The translations under genes were made by a program, and so were the position numbers. Positions 9,207 through 18,729 of a stretch of DNA of 64,000 nt are shown piece by piece; within the stretch, counting starts at the first letter, position 1; each line of letters starts with the position of its first letter. The notes under the pieces were generated by a model. It did not search any database. It was given only the letters and a program-made list of their open reading frames with translations, and was not told the origin of the DNA. The stretch lies in NCBI GenBank assembly GCA_903889965.1, contig CAISZM010000027.1, positions 220-64,219 on the forward strand. Reading direction: 5' to 3'. Source of the DNA: an uncultured Elusimicrobia bacterium. GTDB lineage: Bacteria; Elusimicrobiota; Elusimicrobia; Elusimicrobiales; UBA9959.

Positions 9207-9266
9207 ATAAGGGCGCAAAGCGGTATATGCCGTCCCCCCGGACGCCGCGGGGACAGCTTAATTAAT

Positions 9267-11303
9267 ATGTTCAAAAGAAACAGGATACTTGCGATCAAGC
9301 CGGTGCTCGAGGCCATAGTCGGGCCGGAAAACGTGCGTACGGACGAAGCCGAGATACTGATGTATTCCTACGACGCCGGCATGGCCCGCGCGCGCCCTGA
9401 GGCCGTGATAAACTTCACGGACGCAAGCCAGGTGGCGCCGACGGTAAAAGCGCTTTACGCGGCCGGCATACCGTTCCTGCCGCGCCTCGCCGGCACCAAC
9501 CTTTCCGGCGGCACCGTGCCGCTCAAAGGCGGGGCCATACTCAACCTGGCCCGCCTGAAAAAGATACACCAGATAGACACCGCAGCGCATGTGGCCCTGG
9601 TAGAACCCGGGCTGGTGAACCTCGACCTGCAGAAAGCGCTGGAACCGTTCGGTTTATTCTATGCTCCGGACCCGGCCAGCCAGAAAGTATCCACAATAGG
9701 CGGCAATATCGGAGAAAATGCCGGCGGCCCGCTCTGCCTTAAATACGGTGTCACCGCGAACAACGTAGAGAAACTTGAAGTTGTGACTCCCGAAGGCGAA
9801 GTGAAGATCTGGTCACACCGCGATCCGGGGCCAGACCTGATGAGCCTAATAATCGGCTCGGAGGGTACGCTTGGCATAGTTACGCGCGCCTGGCTCAAAC
9901 TGAGGCCTATACCACCCCACATTAAAACCGCGGCCGTAGCTTTCACGTCCCTCGACGCCGCCATGAAGGCGGTCACGCGCATCATAAAGGAGGGAATAGT
10001 GCCGCGCGCGCTTGAGGCGATGGACAAGGTTTCCCTTGACGCCTCCCTCGAAGGAAAAGCCAACCCGTTCCCGGACGGGACAGCGGCCGCCCTTATAGTA
10101 GAGCTGGACGGCTCCGACGCGGGCGCCGTGAAAAAGGAACTGGAAACGGTGGAGAGGATCTGCGCGGCCGAATCCTGCGCGGTCTTCCGCGTTGCCTCCG
10201 ACGAAGCTGAACGCGACCTGTTGTGGCAGGCCCGCAAGGGAGCCTACCCGGCGATGGCCAGGCTGGCTCCGGACGTGCTTGTGGAGGACGGCGTCGTCCC
10301 CCGCCCCCGCCTGCCGGAAGCGCTGAGGGAAACCCGCGAGATACTTTCGAAATACAAGCTGACTGCCGGCCTTCTTTTTCACGCCGGCGACGGCAACCTC
10401 CACCCCAACATACTTTTCGACCGCCGGGACCTTCAGGAAGTGAAGCGCGTAAAAAAAGCCGGCTATGAGATACTGAAGGCCTGCATAAAACTGGGCGGCA
10501 CCATTTCCGGCGAGCACGGCATAGGGGTGGAAAAGCGCGTGGCGATGAACTGGCTTTATGGCCCGGGAGAACTCGCCTTTTTCCGCAGCATAAAGAACGC
10601 TTTCGATCCCAAGGACCTGGCGAATCCCGATAAGATACTTCCCGTGGCAGCCGACAAACCTTCTGAAACCTCCGGGCTCGCGGAGCGGGCCTCCCTGAGC
10701 CCCGAGGCCCGGACAATAATAGACGAATTGCGCCTGCGCTCGATGCGCGGCGCGCCCACCGCCGTAACCTGCCTTGGGACCCGGCTGAAACCGGAAACGA
10801 TCGCCGAGGGGGCAGCGCGCCTGGACCTGCGTCAGCTTTCCGGCGCGGCCGTTATAGACGCGGACAACCTGACGGCCAGGGCCGAAGCCGGACTGCCGAT
10901 GGAGGAGTTCCTCAAACAACTGAAGGACGCCGGCTTCCACCTGGACCTCCCGGAAACCGGCGGCAGCGTTGGGGGCGCTATCGCCTCGGCCTGTCCCGGC
11001 CTGCGGGAAATACTCCTTGGCCTCGAGATAGCCCGCTCCGACGGCTCGCTCCTCGACCTGGGCGGAAGGACCGTCAAGAACGTGGCAGGATACGACGCTG
11101 TAAGGCTGTTCTGCGGCTCGATGGGCGCCTACGGGGTGATACTGGCAGCCACCTTCTCGATTTCAGCCGGACCCCGCCGCGGCCGGGAACACGCCGGGCT
11201 CCCGGCCCCCGTAACTTTTAAGCCTGACAGCTACCACACAAGGCTTAAAAATGCGCTGGACCCCGAAAACCTCCTCAACCCGTGGATATACAGGAACAAA
11301 TGA
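9267..11303 (+). CDS. FAD-linked 2-hydroxyacid (glycolate/D-lactate) oxidase, GlcD-like, with a fused C-terminal GlcE-like FAD-binding domain
   Basis: Residues about 1-460 are GlcD-like (FAD_binding_4 plus FAD-oxidase C-terminal domain; ..GTISGEHGIGVEKR..). Residues about 480-678 form a second FAD_binding_4-like module (..NLTARAEAGLPMEEF...GGSVGGAIAS...GRTVKNVAGYD..). Confidence 0.8.
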   Translation: MFKRNRILAIKPVLEAIVGPENVRTDEAEILMYSYDAGMARARPEAVINFTDASQVAPTVKALYAAGIPFLPRLAGTNLSGGTVPLKGGAILNLARLKKIHQIDTAAHVALVEPGLVNLDLQKALEPFGLFYAPDPASQKVSTIGGNIGENAGGPLCLKYGVTANNVEKLEVVTPEGEVKIWSHRDPGPDLMSLIIGSEGTLGIVTRAWLKLRPIPPHIKTAAVAFTSLDAAMKAVTRIIKEGIVPRALEAMDKVSLDASLEGKANPFPDGTAAALIVELDGSDAGAVKKELETVERICAAESCAVFRVASDEAERDLLWQARKGAYPAMARLAPDVLVEDGVVPRPRLPEALRETREILSKYKLTAGLLFHAGDGNLHPNILFDRRDLQEVKRVKKAGYEILKACIKLGGTISGEHGIGVEKRVAMNWLYGPGELAFFRSIKNAFDPKDLANPDKILPVAADKPSETSGLAERASLSPEARTIIDELRLRSMRGAPTAVTCLGTRLKPETIAEGAARLDLRQLSGAAVIDADNLTARAEAGLPMEEFLKQLKDAGFHLDLPETGGSVGGAIASACPGLREILLGLEIARSDGSLLDLGGRTVKNVAGYDAVRLFCGSMGAYGVILAATFSISAGPRRGREHAGLPAPVTFKPDSYHTRLKNALDPENLLNPWIYRNK

Positions 11304-12784
11304 GAGACAACGACTATCAGGATCAGCGCGAGCCGGCCAGGGCCGGCATGGAGATGGACTCGACGGTAGTCACCTCCGCGTCTTCGCACATACACAGGGA
11401 GATAAACGAACTTTACGGCCACGAGCAGGCGGTCCGCCACCTGGGCTCGCTGCTGACCAACCTGGGAGAAAAAAGCCTTTACGACGCGGTGGCGCAGTGC
11501 AACCGCTGCGGATACTGCGAAACCTCCTGCCCCACCTACTCGATAACCGGCAGGGAGACGATCTCACCCCGCGGCCGCAACCAGTTCATGCGCATGCTGG
11601 TGGAAGGCCGGGCAAAGAACACGGCTTCGGCCGAAGAATCCCTGTCCACCTGCATGCTCTGCGGCGCCTGTTCCACGGCCTGCTACGCCAAAGTCCCCAC
11701 CGCCGACATAGTGCTGGAGGGCCGCAGGGCACTGAAAGGCTACGGCGATAATTTTTTCGCCCGCGCGGCCGTCGGCCTGATGCTGAACGCCCAGTGGCTG
11801 TTCGATCTCTGGCTTAAACTGGCGTACCTGGCCAAGCGGAGCGGGTTGCCGCGCCTGGCCGCCAAAATGGGACTTTATGACTTCGTCGGCATGCCGGGCC
11901 TGGCCGAGGCCGAACACGCGGTCCCGAAAGTTCCGCTGCGCTTCGCCGCGGAGCTGCTGCGCTCCGACCCTGCGCTCAAACCCGGGGGAAAGAGCTCGGT
12001 CGGCTGGGCTTATTTCGCGCCCTGCGGCCCCAACTACATCTTTACCGGCGTGGCGCTGGCCACGGTCCGGGTGCTTTCGCGGTTCTGCGGCGAAGGTGTA
12101 TTCATCGATAACCAGTGCTGCGGCCTGATGGCGCACAACTACGGCCGCCTGGAGGACGCGCGTGAATTCGCCAGGCGCAACATCTCCCGCTACGAGGAGC
12201 TGAAAGCCTTACTGGGGGATTTCCCTGTCATTGCGGACTGCTCCTCGTGCGCCGCCTTCATGAAATCCTACGAGCAGCTTTTTACCGCCGACCCGCTCTG
12301 GAGGGACCGCGCCCGGGCCTTCTCCGGAGCCGTGCGCGACATCCTTGAATTCATAACCCCGGAACAGACCGCCGCCGCGGCCGGTGACCAGGCGGCGGGG
12401 GGCGGCCGGGTGACCTACCACGACTCCTGCCGGGCCTGCCACGGGCAGGGCATAAGGCGCGAACCCAGGGAAATACTGCGGCAGCTGTCGGGCAGCCGCT
12501 ACGTAGAGCTGCCGGAAAGCGACTGGTGCTGCGGCGGGGCCGGGGCCTACGCTTTCACGCAGCCCGGGATCTCAAAACAGGTTTTGGACCGCAAGCTCCG
12601 CAACATCGCTTCCGTCCAGGCGGAGACCGTGGTGGCGGGCGGAACCTCCTGCCTGATACAGATCAACGCGGGCCTGAAAGCCGCCTACCCCTCGGCGAAA
12701 GCCGTCCATTACAGCGTTTTCATCGACGAAATGACGAGGGACAAAAAACAGCCGGACCGGGTGCCCCCTCCGGCTTCAGTGTAA
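11300..12784 (+). CDS. GlcF-like iron-sulfur subunit (2x4Fe-4S ferredoxin motifs plus two CCG domains)
   Basis: It contains CNRCGYCETSCP and CMLCGACSTAC cluster motifs and two CCG motifs (NQCCGLMAH and DWCCGGAGAY). I prefer the ATG at 11300 because it overlaps the GlcD stop in ATGA (11300-11303). The ORF-track start at 11282 is an in-frame GTG. Confidence 0.85.
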   Translation: MRDNDYQDQREPARAGMEMDSTVVTSASSHIHREINELYGHEQAVRHLGSLLTNLGEKSLYDAVAQCNRCGYCETSCPTYSITGRETISPRGRNQFMRMLVEGRAKNTASAEESLSTCMLCGACSTACYAKVPTADIVLEGRRALKGYGDNFFARAAVGLMLNAQWLFDLWLKLAYLAKRSGLPRLAAKMGLYDFVGMPGLAEAEHAVPKVPLRFAAELLRSDPALKPGGKSSVGWAYFAPCGPNYIFTGVALATVRVLSRFCGEGVFIDNQCCGLMAHNYGRLEDAREFARRNISRYEELKALLGDFPVIADCSSCAAFMKSYEQLFTADPLWRDRARAFSGAVRDILEFITPEQTAAAAGDQAAGGGRVTYHDSCRACHGQGIRREPREILRQLSGSRYVELPESDWCCGGAGAYAFTQPGISKQVLDRKLRNIASVQAETVVAGGTSCLIQINAGLKAAYPSAKAVHYSVFIDEMTRDKKQPDRVPPPASV

Positions 12785-12890
12785 ACGCGGCCCGGCCATG
12801 GGATCGCGGCCGCCGGACTTTAATATGCGCGGTTTACGGGCGAAAGACTTAACCATTAAACCGGCGCGCCGATAATGCTAAAATAAAACT

Positions 12891-14051
12891 ATGATCAGGG
12901 AAGAGGTACTGGAAAAACGCCTGCGGCTTCTGGTGAATTTCGGCGGGGTGGTCTCGAGGGAGACCAACTTGTCGAAACTCCTCGAACTCATCGCCGAGCA
13001 GGTAAAGAACATTATAGGCTGCGACCGCTGCAGCGTCTTCCTCATCGACCCGGAAACCAGGGAACTCTGGTCAAAAGTGGCGCTCGGCCTGCAGAACACC
13101 GAAATACGCGTACCTTTCGGCAAGGGTATCGTAGGGAACGTGGCCTCAACCGGGCAGACCATAAAGGTCCTGCACGTCGACCAGGACCCGCGCTTTACCC
13201 ACGACCTCGACCGAATGACGGGCTACCGCACGCGCAGCATACTCGCCGTCCCGCTGAAGAACGTCGCGGGCAAGATCATAGGCGTCTTCGAGGCGATGAA
13301 CAAGACCGGCACGGGTTTCGATGCCGAGGACGAGGGCATACTGCAGCTTATCAGCTCGCTCGCCGCCTCCGGCATAGAGAACGCCGAACTTTACCAGAGC
13401 CTTTCAAAATCCCAGCTTGAGACCATACAGCGCCTTGCCATAACCGCGGAATACCGCGACCAGCACGACGTCGTCATACACCTGCGCCACATACGGGACT
13501 ACTCCGCCCTCATCGCGCAGGGCCTGAGGATGCCGGAAGAAGAAGTGGAACTGATACGCTACGCCAGTCTGATGCACGATATCGGCAAGGTGGGTATAGC
13601 CGACGCCATACTCCTCAAGCCCGGCAAGCTTACGGCCGAGGAATACGAGGAGATGAAGAAACACACTCTTTACGGCGCCAAGATACTCTGCAACGCGGAA
13701 AGCGAGCTGCTGAAAGTAGCCTACAAGGTGGCTTCCTCCCACCACGAAAAAGTGGACGGAACAGGGTACCCGGCGCGCCTCAGGGACGGACAGATACCGA
13801 TATACGCTAAAATAGTCTCCGTGGCCGACGTGTTCGACGCGCTGTGCGCGCAGCGCGTCTACAAGCCGCGGTGGGAACCGGAAAAGGCCCGCGAGTACAT
13901 ACGGGGGGAAAGCGGCAAGTCCTTCGACCCCGTGGTCGTAGGTGCGTTCGAGAGGGTCTTCGACGAAATACTCAAAATTCACGCCCTGGGGGACGACAGG
14001 ACCACTATCTCCGCACAAATTATCAGGGAAACCAACGGCCACAGTTACTGA
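12891..14051 (+). CDS. GAF domain / HD-GYP domain protein (putative c-di-GMP phosphodiesterase)
   Basis: The N-terminal GAF-like domain contains ..CDRCSVFLID..GIVGNVASTG... The C-terminal domain has the HD motif (LMHDIGK) and the GYP motif (HHEKVDGTGYP). Confidence 0.85.
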   Translation: MIREEVLEKRLRLLVNFGGVVSRETNLSKLLELIAEQVKNIIGCDRCSVFLIDPETRELWSKVALGLQNTEIRVPFGKGIVGNVASTGQTIKVLHVDQDPRFTHDLDRMTGYRTRSILAVPLKNVAGKIIGVFEAMNKTGTGFDAEDEGILQLISSLAASGIENAELYQSLSKSQLETIQRLAITAEYRDQHDVVIHLRHIRDYSALIAQGLRMPEEEVELIRYASLMHDIGKVGIADAILLKPGKLTAEEYEEMKKHTLYGAKILCNAESELLKVAYKVASSHHEKVDGTGYPARLRDGQIPIYAKIVSVADVFDALCAQRVYKPRWEPEKAREYIRGESGKSFDPVVVGAFERVFDEILKIHALGDDRTTISAQIIRETNGHSY

Positions 14052-14077
14052 CCGTTCAACGCCGGAGCCGCATGGAC

Positions 14078-14105
14078 AAGCCTGAGACCTTTCAGGCTTT
14101 TTTTG
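14078..14105 (+). terminator. Intrinsic terminator-like hairpin downstream of the GAF/HD-GYP gene
   Basis: AAGCCTGA (14078-14085) pairs with TCAGGCTT (14093-14100) across a 7-nt loop and runs into a T tract (through 14105). It begins 27 nt after the stop codon. Confidence 0.55.
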
Positions 14106-14156
14106 CGTCCGGACGCCTGAAAGACGGCGGAGGAACGCCCGTAAAAGCGCGCCCCG

Positions 14157-15194
14157 TTATATTTTTATTTTGGCGATAGCCACGCTCACGAGCAGGACTT
14201 CCACCGCCAGGAAGATGGCTATCAGCACGCCCCAGGCGAGCGGAACCTGCGTCATAAGCCAGGCGAACGAGGAAAGGACCAGCGTGGCCAGGGACGCGAG
14301 CCAGACCACGCGCCTCCTGGAAAAGCCTATCTTTTCAAACCTCAAGGCGAAGTGGTCCCGGCTGGCCAGGAACGGGGAATGGCCGCGCCGCAGGCGCATT
14401 ACCGACACAAAGATAGTGTCGTATATGGGCACGGTCAGTATAAAGAGCGGGGCATAAACGCCCAGCGGGTTGACTGCGGTGTACCTGGTGCCCATCGCCA
14501 CCACCGCCAGCACATAGCCGCAAAAAAGGCTCCCGGAGTCGCCCATGAATATCTTGTATTTTTTGGAGAAGTTGTAAGGCAGAAAACCCAGCGCCGCGCC
14601 CGCGAGGGCAGCGGACGCGAAATTCACGTATATGGCTTCCGACGGAAAAGCTATCAGCAGGAAACCGAAAGCGGCCAGCGCCACCTGTCCCGAGGAAAGG
14701 CCGTCCATGATGTCTATTATATTGAACGCGTTGGAAACCCCCACTATCCATAATACGCTGAGCGCGAAAGCCAGGTGGTCCGGGTGTATGAAATTTATCC
14801 TTATCCCGCAGAGCGCGGTAAAGAAAGCCACCGCGAACTGCACGGCGAACTTGGTCTTTACCCCGAGCCCGTGGGGCTTGCGCATGTCGTCTATAAAGCC
14901 CAGCGCGAATATCACGCTTCCGCCTGCCAGTATAAGGCGCAGGTCCCGCAGCGTGCCCGTGGGAAAAGAGGTGTAAAAGCGCATTATCAAAAGCGAGGCC
15001 GTAAAGGCCGCGAAGATGGCCGCCCCGCCAAGGAGGGGCGTCGGCGCCCTGTGCCTCTTAATGTCGGTGGGCCTGTCCATATGCCCGAACCTCAGGGCCA
15101 ATATTCTGAAAAGCGGCGTGAGGCACACCGAAATAAGCAGCGGCAGCGCGAAAGCCAGCAGGTAAAGCCTGAAATGCCCCAGGAGATTATTCAT
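14157..15194 (-). CDS. Polyprenyl-phosphate HexNAc-1-phosphate transferase (WecA/MraY glycosyltransferase family 4)
   Basis: The 345-aa polytopic ORF carries WecA/MraY motifs (..NAFNIIDIMDGL.., ..FMGDSGSLF..). It is the last gene of a co-directional glycan operon and overlaps the upstream gene by 8 nt. Confidence 0.85.
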   Translation of the reverse strand: MNNLLGHFRLYLLAFALPLLISVCLTPLFRILALRFGHMDRPTDIKRHRAPTPLLGGAAIFAAFTASLLIMRFYTSFPTGTLRDLRLILAGGSVIFALGFIDDMRKPHGLGVKTKFAVQFAVAFFTALCGIRINFIHPDHLAFALSVLWIVGVSNAFNIIDIMDGLSSGQVALAAFGFLLIAFPSEAIYVNFASAALAGAALGFLPYNFSKKYKIFMGDSGSLFCGYVLAVVAMGTRYTAVNPLGVYAPLFILTVPIYDTIFVSVMRLRRGHSPFLASRDHFALRFEKIGFSRRRVVWLASLATLVLSSFAWLMTQVPLAWGVLIAIFLAVEVLLVSVAIAKIKI

Positions 15195-16059
15195 ATTGTT
15201 CTATTACCGCGGCTATTTTGGCAAGGCTCTCCGCCGTCGGCGGCAGACCGCGGCCAAGTCTTTTTACCAGTTTCCCGGTTTTAAGGCCGGCCTTCAGCGG
15301 CCTCGGCGCGCTCTGGCCCAGTTCCGAAGTCGGGCGAGGTTCGATGAAGCCGGGGTCGAAGCCGAACACGGAGCAGGCCTTGAGCGCGAATTCATAGCGG
15401 TTCATCCAATCCGGGCCCACCACATTATATATCCCCGCCGCGCCGCCGCCGGCCAGATCCAGCACCGCCGCCGCCAATTCGGGCGCGTAGGTCGGGTTGG
15501 AGTACTGGTCCAGCGGAACGCGCATTTTGGCCCCCGACCTGTAATTGCTGATCAACTGCATTATAAAATTTTTGGAGGCCGGGTTGTGGCTGTAAACCAC
15601 GGTGGTGCGCACGGCCAGGGACCCCTTCAGGTTCAGAACGGCGCGTTCCCCCCCCAGCTTGGTCCGCCCGTAAACGCTCACCGGGCTCACCGGGTCCTCT
15701 TCGCTGTAGGGACCGGCGGCCCCGTCAAAAACGTATTCCGTGGAAAAATAGACCAATTTGGAGCCTCGCCTGAGGCATTCCTCAGCCACCAGCCCGGGGC
15801 CTTGCGCGTTGACGAGCGTAGCAAGCCCCGGGTCCCGCTCGCAATTATCCACGTGCGTCATAGCCGAACACAGGAAAACGGTGTCGGGCGCGCTTTTTTC
15901 AAAGCCCGCGGCTATGGACGCTTTATCCGCCAGGTCCATGTACAGGAAACCCTGGCCCCGGCGTGAAGTGCCGTACACTTCTATCTTGCGCCGCACGCAG
16001 AGCGATGCCAGCGTCCCGCCAACCTGTCCGGAAGCGCCGATAATAAGAACTCGCTTCAC
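15187..16059 (-). CDS. RmlD-like NAD(P)-dependent sugar reductase (dTDP-4-dehydrorhamnose reductase family)
   Basis: It has the Rossmann motif ILIIGASGQVGG, STEYVFDG, and the catalytic YGRTKLGGE (YxxxK). I prefer the GTG at 16059, which is preceded by GGGAGGG, over the ORF-track start at 16095. Confidence 0.75.
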   Translation of the reverse strand: MKRVLIIGASGQVGGTLASLCVRRKIEVYGTSRRGQGFLYMDLADKASIAAGFEKSAPDTVFLCSAMTHVDNCERDPGLATLVNAQGPGLVAEECLRRGSKLVYFSTEYVFDGAAGPYSEEDPVSPVSVYGRTKLGGERAVLNLKGSLAVRTTVVYSHNPASKNFIMQLISNYRSGAKMRVPLDQYSNPTYAPELAAAVLDLAGGGAAGIYNVVGPDWMNRYEFALKACSVFGFDPGFIEPRPTSELGQSAPRPLKAGLKTGKLVKRLGRGLPPTAESLAKIAAVIEQYE

Positions 16060-16138
16060 AGGGCGGCCCTCCCGGCGGATACGAACCCGCCACATCGTAC
16101 CGGGGTAAGACTTTTCCGGGAACGGGCGTAAGCCGCGG

Positions 16139-16855
16139 TCATAATTTAAAATCCCCGCGCGCGAGAGTAAGGCGCATCTTCAGTATTTTCAGCACGCCTT
16201 TTACCGCGTCCCTGAAATTTATCTTTTTCCCCTCCAGGCGGGAACGCGAAGCGTAAACCACGGGAACTTCCTCGAAACGCAGGCCCAGGAACGCCGTTTT
16301 GCAGGAGATCTCCGCCTCTATCTCGAAGCCGGCGGAAACCAGGTTCATGGCACCCGGCAGCGGGGCCCTGAAAGCCTTGTAGCAGGTGTAGGAATCCGTC
16401 ATGGACGCGCCGAAAAGAAGGTTGATCAGGAAGGTCAGGAACTGGTTTCCCCAGAGGTAGAAAATATTATAAGTATCCGACTTGCCGGAAAGCAGGCGGG
16501 AGCCGAACACCACGTCGGCGCGCCCTTCCTCGATGGGCCTGACTATGGCGGGGATGTATTTGGGATCGTATTCCAGGTCGGCGTCCTGTATGATGATGAT
16601 TTCCCCGGAGGCGGCCCTGAAACCGGTTATAAGAGCCCCCCCTTTTCCGGTATTTTCCCCGTGCCTTAATACCTTCAGCTCATAAGGGAACTTCAGCTCC
16701 GCCGCCGCCTTATCCAGCCACTCCCGGGTGCCGTCGGTCGAACCATCGTCCACCACTATCACTTCTTTTTCCAGACTCAGGCCGCCCAGCCGGACCAGAA
16801 CGTCGGGCAGGGTTTTCAGCTCGTTGTACGCGGGAACCACGATCGAGATCTTCAT
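16139..16855 (-). CDS. Family 2 glycosyltransferase (polyprenyl-phosphate sugar synthase-like)
   Basis: It begins MKISIVVPAYNE, followed by VVDDGSTDGT and the QDADLEYDP (DxD region). Its 4-nt overlap with the upstream GT39-like gene suggests coupling. Confidence 0.85.
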   Translation of the reverse strand: MKISIVVPAYNELKTLPDVLVRLGGLSLEKEVIVVDDGSTDGTREWLDKAAAELKFPYELKVLRHGENTGKGGALITGFRAASGEIIIIQDADLEYDPKYIPAIVRPIEEGRADVVFGSRLLSGKSDTYNIFYLWGNQFLTFLINLLFGASMTDSYTCYKAFRAPLPGAMNLVSAGFEIEAEISCKTAFLGLRFEEVPVVYASRSRLEGKKINFRDAVKGVLKILKMRLTLARGDFKL

Positions 16856-18438
16856 TTTTTATAAACCTTAAGCACCAGTATATCGGGGTTCATGAAATTC
16901 ACCTGGTTGTCCATGTTCTGGTAGTTGAAAGGGAGCATATAGGCCGGAAGCTTCCGTGAAAACCGCTTCACCTCGCGCGTCCCGGCGAATATATCATCGA
17001 GCGCCTCGTTCCCGCGCGGATATTGCGCGGGGTGGGCCCGCATAAGGCTGTACTCCTGTTCGGACATCACCACGTAATCGGCCTGCCGGTATGTTTTGGA
17101 AAGGCCAAGGACTCCCTCCTCGATCGGCGCCTGGGATGGGGCCCCCTCGGAGATCCTGAACGGGCCGGTGTGCCGCCGTATGACGAACGGGGTCCAGGTA
17201 TCGTTTTTCGCTATGGCCAGGGCCGAGTCAGCCGGCAGGTTCTCCCGTATCCAGGAATCAGCCTCTTTTATGGTATAAGCGGAGAGATAATTCCCCTTTA
17301 TATAAAGCGTGAACAGCAGGGCCTGCAGCAGCACGGCCGAAACCAGGATTTTTCCGAAGCGGCGGTCCAGCATGGAGTCGGCAAGGTCGCCCGCCGCCAG
17401 AAAGAGGAAGGGGAGGACCGGGAGCGTGTAAAGCACGTATGTTCCGCTGGTGCTGCCGGCCCAGGCCATGAACAAGACGCAAAAAACGGCGGAGATCCTC
17501 TTTTCCGCGCGGCCTGAGAAAAGCCAGCGCGCCGCCCCGGCGAGGGCGAACGGCACCAGGGCCCAGCCCATGGCCGCCGGCAGAACGGAAAGGAAATATT
17601 CCTTATAGGAAACCAGGCCTTTCCACGAAACGGCGCCTTTCGAGACATTCCCCAGTATGATCCCGATCTCGTCTCCCGGCCTTATCAGGAAATATGGATT
17701 GCAGAGGAGGAAAGCGGCGGATCCGGCGCAGGCGAAGAGAAACACTTTTTTAAACCCCGACAAGGGGGCCCGGGCCTTGAGCGCGCTGCTCAAGTGGGCG
17801 GCCAGCGGGAAGAATATAAAGAGCGCCGCGCTGTACTTGGTGATAAACGCTAGCCCCGAAAAGAACCCGGCCAGCAGGTAATTCCTGGCCGAAGGCTCCC
17901 GCAGCAGGCGGAAGGAGAAATAGACGGCCGCAAGCGCCCAGAAGATCATGTTGCTGTCCGTCTTCACCAGGAAAGACGCCATTACGGGAGCCTGCGCCAC
18001 GGCCATCAACAGCGCCGAAACCAGGGCCGCACGCCTGGGCAGGAAAAGAGCGCCTGTCAAATACAAAAGCAGGACCGATAAAACGCCGTACAAAACCGAA
18101 AGCAGGCGGACGGCGAGGTACATCTTATCGGCCTCCCCGAGAGAGGCTTTAAGTTCCTCGCGGCCGCCTATCTTTATGACCCCCGCAAGCTGCAGGCTTT
18201 TAAGCAGCGCGCCGGAAGAGTACAGGTGAAAAGTGCCCCAGTTAAGCGCATCTCCCGGGAAAAAATCGAGTTTGCCCGGCTTCATCCGCTCGAGCGAGTA
18301 GAAGGTCACGGATTCGTCGGGGTGCAGCGTGGTAAGCCCGCCGGTTTCGGAAGGAAGGCCGAGCTTCAGGCCCGCCAGGCGCAACCCGAGGGCCGCGGTC
18401 AGAAACAAATAAAGAGGCAGGTTTTTTTTAAATTTCAT
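16852..18438 (-). CDS. GT39/ArnT-like membrane glycosyltransferase (PMT_2-type)
   Basis: The 528-aa ORF has a polytopic N-terminal two thirds and a soluble C-terminal domain. An early-loop acidic motif (LHPDES) and the overall ArnT/PMT-like architecture support the call, which is made from recalled resemblance. Confidence 0.7.
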   Translation of the reverse strand: MKFKKNLPLYLFLTAALGLRLAGLKLGLPSETGGLTTLHPDESVTFYSLERMKPGKLDFFPGDALNWGTFHLYSSGALLKSLQLAGVIKIGGREELKASLGEADKMYLAVRLLSVLYGVLSVLLLYLTGALFLPRRAALVSALLMAVAQAPVMASFLVKTDSNMIFWALAAVYFSFRLLREPSARNYLLAGFFSGLAFITKYSAALFIFFPLAAHLSSALKARAPLSGFKKVFLFACAGSAAFLLCNPYFLIRPGDEIGIILGNVSKGAVSWKGLVSYKEYFLSVLPAAMGWALVPFALAGAARWLFSGRAEKRISAVFCVLFMAWAGSTSGTYVLYTLPVLPFLFLAAGDLADSMLDRRFGKILVSAVLLQALLFTLYIKGNYLSAYTIKEADSWIRENLPADSALAIAKNDTWTPFVIRRHTGPFRISEGAPSQAPIEEGVLGLSKTYRQADYVVMSEQEYSLMRAHPAQYPRGNEALDDIFAGTREVKRFSRKLPAYMLPFNYQNMDNQVNFMNPDILVLKVYKK

Positions 18439-18656
18439 GCATTACCCCGCCGTTTTCCATCGGGAGACGGCGGGAATATCTTCGTCATTCCACTCTCATT
18501 TTACCTTCCCTTGCGGCCGTTGTCCAGTTTCCCGTCTTGCGGCGGCGGCCGGTTCCCGCGCCGGGGACGGCACGTTAACGTGCCCCCGCTGAAAGGGATC
18601 GACGCCGGCGGAAAAGCCCTGGCGGCCATGGGAAAACCGCACAGGCCATTTTTTTA

Positions 18657-18662
18657 TATAAT
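18657..18662 (+). promoter_or_regulatory. TATAAT -10-like hexamer upstream of degT-like gene
   Basis: An exact TATAAT follows a T-run (TTTTTTTATATAAT) in the 291-nt divergent spacer, 68 nt upstream of the ATG at 18730. There is no convincing -35. Confidence 0.3.
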
Positions 18663-18729
18663 TCAAGTTGTAGCAAGTCAGACGACCGAACAAACCGCCG
18701 AAGGCGGGGCTGTTCTTAAGGAGAACATT

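Noticed and set aside
9846-10940. A 364-aa and a 207-aa ORF on the - strand, and an 81-aa + ORF, lie inside the GlcD-like gene.
   Set aside because: They are antisense or out of frame relative to a gene with clear FAD-oxidase motifs. Their Arg/Pro/Gly-rich translations support rejection.
18226-18729. A 168-codon N-terminal extension of the DegT ORF appears in the ORF track.
   Set aside because: The extension overlaps the upstream divergent GT39 gene and the promoter spacer, and it translates to Arg/Gly/Pro-rich sequence. A canonical AAGGAGAA plus ATG at 18730 starts a normal-length DegT protein.
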